A stretch of 42,894 nucleotides of DNA from an uncultured Dehalococcoidales bacterium (GTDB lineage: Bacteria > Chloroflexota > Dehalococcoidia > E44-bin15). Position 1 is the stretch's first letter. Every line of letters starts with the position of its first letter. Positions 35,818-42,894 of the stretch are shown here, piece after piece. The notes beneath the pieces are model-generated. The model was not told the DNA's origin, ran no database searches, and worked only from the letters and a program-made list of their open reading frames with translations. The translations under genes and the position numbers were made by a program. The stretch is from the NCBI GenBank assembly GCA_964583545.1, contig CAZOVW010000003.1, positions 1 through 42,894 on the forward strand, read 5' to 3'.

Positions 35818-37503
35818 GTGGGGCCGGGGTGTGTAGTGAGAGCGAAATTACGTGAGATGAGGAGGGACAAAGCGGCGAAGCGAGAGCTCTTGAGGGAGCA
35901 AGGCACTATCTTCAAAGATTGGGGTGGCAGAATCCCCATCGCCCTGATTTATCCCAATACTTATTATATAGGTATGTCCAACCTCGGTTTTCAAACAATT
36001 TATGGGCTACTAAATAGCTACGATAACATTGTATGCGAGCGTGTCTTTTGTGAGCGAGGTGAAAGTTCGAAAAGAAGTATTGAATCTGAGCGCCCCCTTG
36101 ACGACTTCGCTGTGCTCGCCTTCTCCATCTCCAGCGAGCTGGACTACTTCAATGTAGTGGAGATGCTAACAGCGAGCGCCACTCCCCTATTTGCTGCCGA
36201 CCGCTGTGATGCCCACCCCCTGGTGATTGCGGGCGGGCCCTGTATCATTGCCAATCCAGAGCCCCTTTTACCCTTCTTCGATTGCTTTGGCATTGGAGAG
36301 GGTGAAGCTATTTTACCTGCCATGGTTGAGGTACTCACCGAGGGGATTCGAGGTAGCAGGGATGAGCTGCTCCGGGCGCTCTCCTCACTTCCTGGGGTTT
36401 ATGTGCCCAGCCTTTACGATGGGAAGCCGATCTCCCGACAGTGGGTGCGGAACATCGACGATTTTGCCACCACCTCAGTGATCCTCACCACTCGGACGGA
36501 GCTTGGCGATACGTTTCTCATTGAGGTGGCGCGTGGCTGCCGATGGGGCTGCCGCTTCTGCCTTGCCGGCTTTTCATTCAGACCTCCGCGGTTTCGTTCT
36601 TTAAGTAGCTTGCTATCGCAGGCTGAACAGGGCCTAAAGTATAAAAAAGGGGTTGGGCTTTTGGGGGCTTCCGTCTCGGATCACCCTGAGATAGATGAGT
36701 TGGTGGCCAGGTTGCAGCAGATGGGAGCAGGGATGTCCATCAGCTCCCTAAGAATTCGCCCCTTGTCACGAGTGGCCCTCAGGGGGCTTGTGGAAAGCGG
36801 CACCCAAACCTTGTCTCTGGCACCAGAAGCAGGGTCGCAAAGATTGCGCAAAATCATTAATAAAGGTGTATCGGAGAAAGACATTGTTGAGGTGACAGAC
36901 TGGGTTGCTGAGCACCCTCCCAGGCAGCTCAAGCTCTATTTCATGATCGGTCTGCCCACGGAGACCGAAGATGATATCGATGAGATGATCAAGCTGACCC
37001 TCTCCTTAAAGGGGCGCCTTGACCGGAGGCGAGCGGGGAGTCATCTCACCCTCACCGTAGAGCCTTTTGTGCCTAAGGCTGGCACTCCCTTCCAGTGGCT
37101 TCCGATGACCAACGCTGAAATTCTAAACCATCGCCTCGCCACGCTCAAAAACAGCCTGGAGCCGAATGGCATCGCCATCAGGTCGGAGAGCGTGGCCTGG
37201 GCTATCGTCCAGGGGGTGCTATCGCGAGGCGACGGGAGGCTGGCCCAGGCGCTTGCCCGGATAGCTGGGGTGTGTGGGGAGAGCAAATCCCTCTCCGCGT
37301 GGCGTCGGGCGCTGGCGGAACTTTCGCTCGATGCCGATTTCTACATCGGCAGGGAAATCCCGGTCGATGAGCGGCTACCCTGGGCAAACCTGGATTTAGG
37401 GGTCGATAAGGGCTATCTGGAAAGGGAGTTGGAGAGGGCGCGTCTTGGCGAGGAGACCTCTCCCTGCCCGCTAATTGAGTGCCAGAAGTGCGGGGTCTGC
37501 TGA
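35818..37503 (+). CDS. Radical SAM enzyme with a B12-binding-like N-terminal domain (TIGR03960-like, function unknown)
   Basis: 561 aa. EVARGCRWGCRFCLAG carries the CxxxCxxC cluster, and the C-terminal Cys cluster is CPLIECQKCGVC. The N-terminus (IALIYPNTYYIGMSNLGFQ) is typical of this family from memory. The exact start is uncertain (35818, 35836 or 35857). Confidence 0.75.
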   Translation: MGPGCVVRAKLREMRRDKAAKRELLREQGTIFKDWGGRIPIALIYPNTYYIGMSNLGFQTIYGLLNSYDNIVCERVFCERGESSKRSIESERPLDDFAVLAFSISSELDYFNVVEMLTASATPLFAADRCDAHPLVIAGGPCIIANPEPLLPFFDCFGIGEGEAILPAMVEVLTEGIRGSRDELLRALSSLPGVYVPSLYDGKPISRQWVRNIDDFATTSVILTTRTELGDTFLIEVARGCRWGCRFCLAGFSFRPPRFRSLSSLLSQAEQGLKYKKGVGLLGASVSDHPEIDELVARLQQMGAGMSISSLRIRPLSRVALRGLVESGTQTLSLAPEAGSQRLRKIINKGVSEKDIVEVTDWVAEHPPRQLKLYFMIGLPTETEDDIDEMIKLTLSLKGRLDRRRAGSHLTLTVEPFVPKAGTPFQWLPMTNAEILNHRLATLKNSLEPNGIAIRSESVAWAIVQGVLSRGDGRLAQALARIAGVCGESKSLSAWRRALAELSLDADFYIGREIPVDERLPWANLDLGVDKGYLERELERARLGEETSPCPLIECQKCGVC

Positions 37504-37504
37504 C

Positions 37505-38179
37505 ATGGATATTTTGCGAATTTCGCAAAACCTGCAAGATGTGGAGCGGCGCATCGCCCAAGCGGCCCGGAGGGCGGGCCGGGTGCCTGAGGAGATCACC
37601 ATTGTCGCCGTGACCAAGGGGCTGGCGGGTCAGGTTATCGAGGCTGCCCTTGAGGCGGGCATCAGGCACATCGGCGAAAATCGGGTTCAGGAGGCGAGGG
37701 AAAAGATAGCGCACTTGCCCGCTTTTTTGCCCATGCGCCCTACCTGGCACATGGTGGGTCACCTGCAGCGCAACAAGGTCAGGACAGCGGTGGAGATTTT
37801 TGATATAATTCACAGTATCGATTCGCTTAGATTGGCGGAGGTGCTTAGCAGCTGCACTCAAAACACCATTCCCGTGTTGCTTCAGGTCAACATTTCAGGG
37901 GAGGGGACGAAGAGCGGCTTCTCTGTAGCTGAATTGCCTGAGGCGGTGGCGCAGATCACCCGCCTGCCCAATTTGGCGGTGAAGGGGCTGATGACCATCG
38001 CTCCCCTTGTGAGCGACCCTGAAGAGGTTCGCCCAATCTTTCGAAAGTTGCGGGAGTTGCGCGACTCCCTGGGCCTGGAGCACCTCTCCATGGGGATGAG
38101 TGATGACTTTGAGGTTGCGGTGGAGGAGGGGGCCACCATGGTGAGGATCGGGGGTGCCATATTCGGGGAGCGAAGGTAG
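37505..38179 (+). CDS. yggS: YggS/YlmE-family PLP-binding homeostasis protein
   Basis: It begins at ATG 37505, just after the upstream TGA. VAVTK carries the PLP Lys. HIGENRVQE, HMVGHLQRNK, LSMGMSDDFE and VRIGGAIFG are also present. Confidence 0.88.
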   Translation: MDILRISQNLQDVERRIAQAARRAGRVPEEITIVAVTKGLAGQVIEAALEAGIRHIGENRVQEAREKIAHLPAFLPMRPTWHMVGHLQRNKVRTAVEIFDIIHSIDSLRLAEVLSSCTQNTIPVLLQVNISGEGTKSGFSVAELPEAVAQITRLPNLAVKGLMTIAPLVSDPEEVRPIFRKLRELRDSLGLEHLSMGMSDDFEVAVEEGATMVRIGGAIFGERR

Positions 38180-38225
38180 AAAAAAGGAAACACACAAAAC
38201 TGAAAGGGGGGATTAGTTCGAGAAA

Positions 38226-38609
38226 ATGGTGGCTAGGTGTGAGCTAAGAGTTATATTGCAGACGGGCCGCCTTACACCCCCAGATTCCCTAGTGCGGGAT
38301 TTGGAGACTATTCAAGATATATCCATTAATGTGAGGCGTTTGGGGACATCCTTTCGCGGTGGAGGGGTGGTGACCTTTATCAGGATCGCTACCGATAATG
38401 CCAATGCAGCTTTACTGGCTGACATCCTTTACAATTATACAAAAAGGCTTAAGGTGAGGGGGGATGACGATCTGTTTATCCTCATAGGGGGTAGAATCAA
38501 TACGGACGAGGAAGTGGTGAGCTTTCGTGATGTGCAGTGTCGCCGGCAGGTGTCCTTAAGGGATAAATCCCAGGACGAAATTAGGGAGCTACTGGAGGAA
38601 AGCGGATAG
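38226..38609 (+). CDS. Hypothetical protein (orphan) occupying the usual sepF position
   Basis: 127 aa and visibly more AT-rich than its flanks. I could not confidently assign a family. See the findings for a weak SepF-like pattern. Confidence 0.4.
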   Translation: MVARCELRVILQTGRLTPPDSLVRDLETIQDISINVRRLGTSFRGGGVVTFIRIATDNANAALLADILYNYTKRLKVRGDDDLFILIGGRINTDEEVVSFRDVQCRRQVSLRDKSQDEIRELLEESG

Positions 38610-38612
38610 CGC

Positions 38613-39413
38613 ATGAAGATCGCTTTTATCGGCGGTGGGGTGATGGGGGAGGCAATGATCAAGGGGTTGCTCACAAAAGGGCTGAGCCCGCCTTCAGATA
38701 TCATCGCTAGTGACATCAGCGCCTCCAGGCTGGAGACCCTGCGCACCATGTATCACATCGGGGTAAGCGAGGACTATGGGATTGCGATAAAGGGTTCCGA
38801 CGTCATCGTGTTAGCTGTCAAGCCTCAGAACTTGGCTGGGCTTATGCCCGAGCTGGAGGGTCGGTTCACCCGAGGTCAGCTTATCCTCTCCATCATCGCT
38901 GGGGCCGCGATCGCCACCATCGCCAGAGGCCTGGGTCATCGCTCAGTGGTTCGGGCGATGCCAAATATCCCGGCTCAGATTGGCGAGGGGATGAGCGTGT
39001 GGACTGCCTCGAGCGGGGTGAGCCGGCGCCAGAAAGGGATGGCCAGGTCTATTCTGGGGGCACTGGGCAGGGAGCTCTATGTGCTCGATGAAAAATATAT
39101 CGATATGGCGACCGCAGTTAGCGGTAGTGGTCCGGCCTACATCTTCCTGGTCATCGAGGCACTTGTTGATGCTGCGGTGGGTATTGGACTGCCCAGTGAG
39201 ATGGCGGAGGAGTTAGTACTGGAGACAGTTTTTGGGGCGGCACGTCTTGCTCAGGAAACGGGCAAGCACCCCAAGGAGCTGAGGGATATGGTTACCTCCC
39301 TAGGGGGGGCCACGGCAGAGGGCCTGTCAAAATTAGAGGAGGGTGGGCTGAGAGCCCTGCTCGGGCGCGCAGTTGTGGCCGCACATGAAAGAGCGAAGGA
39401 GCTGGGGGGATAA
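38613..39413 (+). CDS. proC: Pyrroline-5-carboxylate reductase
   Basis: 266 aa. It begins MKIAFIGGGVMGEAM, with AVKPQ, RAMPN and SGSGPAY motifs. Confidence 0.9.
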   Translation: MKIAFIGGGVMGEAMIKGLLTKGLSPPSDIIASDISASRLETLRTMYHIGVSEDYGIAIKGSDVIVLAVKPQNLAGLMPELEGRFTRGQLILSIIAGAAIATIARGLGHRSVVRAMPNIPAQIGEGMSVWTASSGVSRRQKGMARSILGALGRELYVLDEKYIDMATAVSGSGPAYIFLVIEALVDAAVGIGLPSEMAEELVLETVFGAARLAQETGKHPKELRDMVTSLGGATAEGLSKLEEGGLRALLGRAVVAAHERAKELGG

Positions 39414-39662
39414 GTGGACTACTTCCTCACCTTTGTCGTTTATTTATGTCGAGTACTTATCTTCATTATTTTTATACGGGCAATTCTCTCCTGGTTTGCC
39501 ATCTCTCCCTATAACCCGATAGTGGTTTTCCTTGATCGGATTACTGAGCCGATCCTGGCGCCACTGCGGCGCATCATTCCCAGGCTCGGCATGGTCGATA
39601 TCACCCCCATGGTGGCGATCATCATTCTGATAGTCATTACGTACCTTATCGATCGCATCTAA
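39414..39662 (+). CDS. yggT: YggT/YlmG-family membrane protein
   Basis: 82 aa with two TM helices. IRAILSW..NP..FL..ITEP.L.P.RR.IP is the YggT signature. The GTG start sits immediately after the proC stop. Confidence 0.8.
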   Translation: MDYFLTFVVYLCRVLIFIIFIRAILSWFAISPYNPIVVFLDRITEPILAPLRRIIPRLGMVDITPMVAIIILIVITYLIDRI

Positions 39663-39763
39663 CGGAGGAAGTTTATACTTTTGGGTTGCGTCAGAAGGAA
39701 TTATTGGCTATGATTTATAAATATAGATCCCAACTGGCAGAGTCTACCGAATAGTACGAAAGC

Positions 39764-40642
39764 ATGGACAAGGTTGCCATTGTTGCTGACAGCATAGCTT
39801 GCCTCGCCAGGGAGATGGTGGAGCAGTACGGGATTCGAATAGTGCCCTCAAACATCCATTTCGATGGCAAGGTATACAGAGAGTATCTGGACATGAGCCC
39901 GTCAGAGGCCTACCAGCTTTTGGAAAAGGACCCCGATCGTTTTAGCACATCGGCACCCTCCCCTGCGGATTATCTTGAGGCTTACCGTGAGCTAAGCACG
40001 AGAGCGAAAAGCATCCTTTGCATCACCCTTTCCGCCAAGCTTAGCATGCTTCATGACGCAGCCCGTGTGGCAAAAGAGCAGGCTAAACAGGAGCTTCCCC
40101 AGACCCAAATCGAGCTTTTGGACTCCCGGAGTTGCGCCGCAGCGGAGGGGTTTGTTGTCCTGGCAGCAGCAAGAGCCGTGGCTGAGAGCAAAGGCCTGGC
40201 TGAGGCCATTAAAGCAGCGGAGGGTGTGAGGGGGAAGGTCAATCTCCTAGCCCTTATGGAAACCATTCGCTATGCATACCGATCAGGGCGCATCCCAAAG
40301 GTTGCGTCGCGGATAGGTTCTGCCTTCAGTGTCAAGCCAATATTCACCATATCCGATGGTGTGGCCCATTTCGTTGGCATTGCCAGGACCAAAGAGCGCG
40401 GGGTGAACCGAGTCCTCCGATTGATGAGGGAGAAGGTAGGGGGAAACCCGGTGCATGTGGCGGTAATGCATGCCGATGCGCTTGATGAGGCCCAGAGGCT
40501 CAAGGAGCGGGTGGCATCGGAGTTCAATTGTGTGGAACTCTGGATCAGTGAGTTCAGCCCGATAATGGGCTACACTACAGGTCGGGGACTGCTCGGCCTC
40601 GCCTTTTACGCCGACTGGGGGTGCTATGATGAGGAAGGTTAG
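39764..40642 (+). CDS. DegV-family fatty-acid-binding protein (FakB-like), copy 1
   Basis: 292 aa. The pattern is IVADS.A.L..E....YGI..VP, then STSAPSP, then ILCITLS. Confidence 0.85.
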   Translation: MDKVAIVADSIACLAREMVEQYGIRIVPSNIHFDGKVYREYLDMSPSEAYQLLEKDPDRFSTSAPSPADYLEAYRELSTRAKSILCITLSAKLSMLHDAARVAKEQAKQELPQTQIELLDSRSCAAAEGFVVLAAARAVAESKGLAEAIKAAEGVRGKVNLLALMETIRYAYRSGRIPKVASRIGSAFSVKPIFTISDGVAHFVGIARTKERGVNRVLRLMREKVGGNPVHVAVMHADALDEAQRLKERVASEFNCVELWISEFSPIMGYTTGRGLLGLAFYADWGCYDEEG

Positions 40643-41492
40643 CATTGTCACTGAGAGCACAGCTTGCATACCTGAGGAATTGGTGGCGAAGTATGATATT
40701 TGCGTAGTACCACTCTTGATAATTTTTGAAGGCAAGAGCTATCGCGACGGGATTGACATGAGTCCCGGTGAAGTCTACAGGATTATGCGGCGGAGGGAGA
40801 ACCTCCCGACCACATCCACCCCATCAGCGGGGGATTTCCTCGGTGCTTATCGTCGGTTAAGTGAGAAGGCGGAAAGCATACTCTGTATCACCGTCACGTC
40901 GATACAAAGCAAAATCTACAATACTGCGCTGGTAGCTAAAGAGCTAGCTAGAGATGTGATCCCCAACACTGCTATCGAGGTGCTTGACAGCCGGGCAGTA
41001 GGTGGCGCCTTGGGATTTATCGTCTTGGAGGCGGCTCGTGCTGCCAGCCAGGGGGCGGATCTGGCTCAGGCGGCTGAGGCTGCCCGCAGTATGATGCCCA
41101 GGGTAAATTTCATTGTTACCTTGGATACCCTCTTCTATTTAGCGAGAGGCGGTCGTATCGGCAGGGCATCAGCTTGGGCCGGGTCGCTATTAAATATAAA
41201 GCCTATCTTGGAGCATCATACTTCCGTAGGGGAAACAATGCCAGTGGCGCGTCCCAGGACCAGAACAAAGGCGGTAGGGCGCCTCCTGGAGATAATGGCA
41301 GAACGGGTTGGAGACTCCCCGGTGCATGTCATCGTGCACCATGCTGATGAGCTGGAGGACGGGGAGAAGCTCAAGGCTGAGATTGCCTCCCGATTTAACT
41401 GTGTGGAACTTTATCTTACTGAGTTCACCCCTGGCATGGGGGTTCATGCTGGCCCCGGAGTGCTGGCCATCGCCTTTTATACCGGGGGCTGA
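40626..41492 (+). CDS. DegV-family fatty-acid-binding protein (FakB-like), copy 2
   Basis: 288 aa and a paralogue of copy 1, sharing ILCIT, LDSR, SPVHV and RFNCVEL blocks. It overlaps copy 1 by 17 nt. Confidence 0.85.
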   Translation: MMRKVSIVTESTACIPEELVAKYDICVVPLLIIFEGKSYRDGIDMSPGEVYRIMRRRENLPTTSTPSAGDFLGAYRRLSEKAESILCITVTSIQSKIYNTALVAKELARDVIPNTAIEVLDSRAVGGALGFIVLEAARAASQGADLAQAAEAARSMMPRVNFIVTLDTLFYLARGGRIGRASAWAGSLLNIKPILEHHTSVGETMPVARPRTRTKAVGRLLEIMAERVGDSPVHVIVHHADELEDGEKLKAEIASRFNCVELYLTEFTPGMGVHAGPGVLAIAFYTGG

Positions 41493-41600
41493 GCTTTTTC
41501 GACCTTTTCCGGCCGTGACTTATGACGTCGCGCCAGCAAGATTGATATGTTATTTGCAGTCAGGGTAAAATAGTCAAAACGAACGAAAAGGGCGAAAAAA

Positions 41601-42894
41601 ATGGAGGTTAAGGTTGTATCAGGGGACATCACAAAGCTCCCTGTAAGTGCCATCATAGTGAATCTCTTTGAAGGGGTGAAAAGCCCCGGTGGTGCCACGG
41701 GGGCGGTGGATCAGGCCCTTGGCGGGCTGATTACCCAGCTCATCGCTGGGGGGGAGATCAAGGGGAAGCGCAACGAGCTCACCCTGATTCATAGCATGGG
41801 TAAGATCACGCCGGAGAGGGTGGTTGTTGCTGGCCTGGGGAAGGAGGGGGAGCTAACCCTCTCCGGGATTCGCGGGGTTGCTGCCGAGGCCTGCCGCTTC
41901 CTCAGGAGGGTTGGCGTGAAGGATGTAGCCACCATTGCCCACGGCGCTGGCGTAGGGGGCATCGATGCTGAGAAATCGGCCCAAGCGGTAACAGAGGGCG
42001 CTATGTTAGGTCTTTATACCTTCCGCAAGCACCTAACCAAGGAAGCGGAGGAGGGGGAGATTGAGCAGCTTGTCATCGTGGAACGGGATGAGGAAAAGCT
42101 CGCTGAACTGGAGCTGGGGTGCATCATGGGGCGAATAATGGCGGAGGCCACAAACCTCGCCCGGGATATGGCCAACGAGCCGGCCAACTATATGACTCCC
42201 ACCCATATGGCGGAGGTGGCCCAGAGGGTCGCCGATGATTGGGGGCTTGAGTGCCTCATCCTGGAGCAGGCGGATATGGAGCGGCTGGAGATGGGTGCCC
42301 TCCTGAGCGTGGCTCGGGGAAGCAGGCAGTTGCCAAAGCTCATCCTCCTCAGTTATAAGGGTGGCGACCCCTCAAAAAGCCCCCTGGGCCTTGTGGGCAA
42401 GGGGATAACCTTCGACGCCGGGGGCATCTCCATTAAGCCCTCAGAGGGGATGGGGGACATGAAGGGGGACATGGCTGGCGGCGCTGCCGTCATCGCTACC
42501 ATGCGTGCCATCGGTGAGCTCAGGCCAAAGGTCAATGTCACCGGGATCGTGCCCGCCACGGAGAACCTTCCGGACGGCGCAGCCCTCAAGCCGGGGGACA
42601 TCGTGCGGGCGTCAAATGGCAAGACCATCGAGGTCGTGACCACCGATGCCGAGGGGCGGCTAATTCTGGCCGATGCCCTCTGTTATGCTCGTAAGTTGGG
42701 GCTTTCCCCAGTGGTGGATATCGCCACGCTGACCGGTTCCTGTCACGTCGCGCTGGGCGACTTCTGCACGGGCGTCTTTAGCAATAATCAGGAGCTGGTG
42801 GACAGGGTGATTAAGGCGGGTGAGGAGGCTGGTGAGTATATCTGGCAGATGCCCATGTATGAGGAGTATAAGGAGCAGAACAAGAGCGATATCG
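41601..42894 (+). CDS. pepA: Leucyl aminopeptidase (M17); C-terminus runs off the window
   Basis: Not in the ORF track because there is no stop in the window. My translation from ATG 41601 reads MEVKVVSGDITKLPVSAIIVNLFEG.., and continues through NLARDMANEPAN, VGKGITFDAGGISIKP, MKGDMAGGAAV and TTDAEGRLILADAL. Confidence 0.9.
   Translation, partial: MEVKVVSGDITKLPVSAIIVNLFEGVKSPGGATGAVDQALGGLITQLIAGGEIKGKRNELTLIHSMGKITPERVVVAGLGKEGELTLSGIRGVAAEACRFLRRVGVKDVATIAHGAGVGGIDAEKSAQAVTEGAMLGLYTFRKHLTKEAEEGEIEQLVIVERDEEKLAELELGCIMGRIMAEATNLARDMANEPANYMTPTHMAEVAQRVADDWGLECLILEQADMERLEMGALLSVARGSRQLPKLILLSYKGGDPSKSPLGLVGKGITFDAGGISIKPSEGMGDMKGDMAGGAAVIATMRAIGELRPKVNVTGIVPATENLPDGAALKPGDIVRASNGKTIEVVTTDAEGRLILADALCYARKLGLSPVVDIATLTGSCHVALGDFCTGVFSNNQELVDRVIKAGEEAGEYIWQMPMYEEYKEQNKSDI

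Noticed and set aside
1-42894. Search for tRNA, rRNA, CRISPR repeats, integrase, transposase or phage genes
   Set aside because: I saw no T-arm or acceptor-like tRNA pattern, no regularly spaced direct repeats other than the coding PT repeat and the MraZ boxes, and no recombinase-like ORF.

Overview
This is a gene-dense, moderately GC-rich bacterial chromosome segment, and it is almost entirely housekeeping. I could support no tRNA, rRNA, CRISPR array, transposase, integrase or phage gene.

Gene order:
- Minus-strand block, 1-15538: membrane glycosylation trio, ftsY, a small plus-strand mazEF islet, pabC-pabA-pabB, a membrane protein, a HerA-like ATPase with a small barrel partner, an RRM RNA-binding protein, a GNAT, a NurA-like nuclease and a DUF3467-like protein.
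- 15806-16840 (+): HDAC-family deacetylase.
- Second minus-strand block, 16825-27976: CDF transporter, secF, secD, CCA-adding enzyme, def, priA, rplS, trmD, mogA-like and a secreted cysteine-peptidase-like protein with a Pro-Thr linker.
- Plus-strand block, 28227 to the window end: mraZ-rsmH-ftsA-ftsZ, nrdR plus class II RNR, two small ORFs plus a radical SAM enzyme, yggS, an orphan, proC, yggT, two tandem degV and pepA (truncated by the window edge).

Two CDSs absent from the ORF track run off the window edges (1-752 minus, 41601-42894 plus).

Three observations fit a wall-less Chloroflexota (Dehalococcoidia-like) genome, but this is inference only. They are the YYY-motif and GT-C membrane protein pair, the dcw cluster with no peptidoglycan genes, and the many overlapping start/stop codons.

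I see no clear-cut new system. The best candidates for a second look are:
- the non-canonical NurA / HerA-like neighbourhood with a stand-alone barrel protein and a membrane protein (9645-15147);
- the lower-GC orphan sitting in the sepF slot (38226-38609);
- the small ORFs coupled to the radical SAM gene (35316-37503).

Regulatory sites readable by eye include a phased GTGG operator over the mraZ promoter and tandem NrdR boxes over the nrdR promoter. Many long ORFs in the track are antisense shadows of real genes and were rejected.
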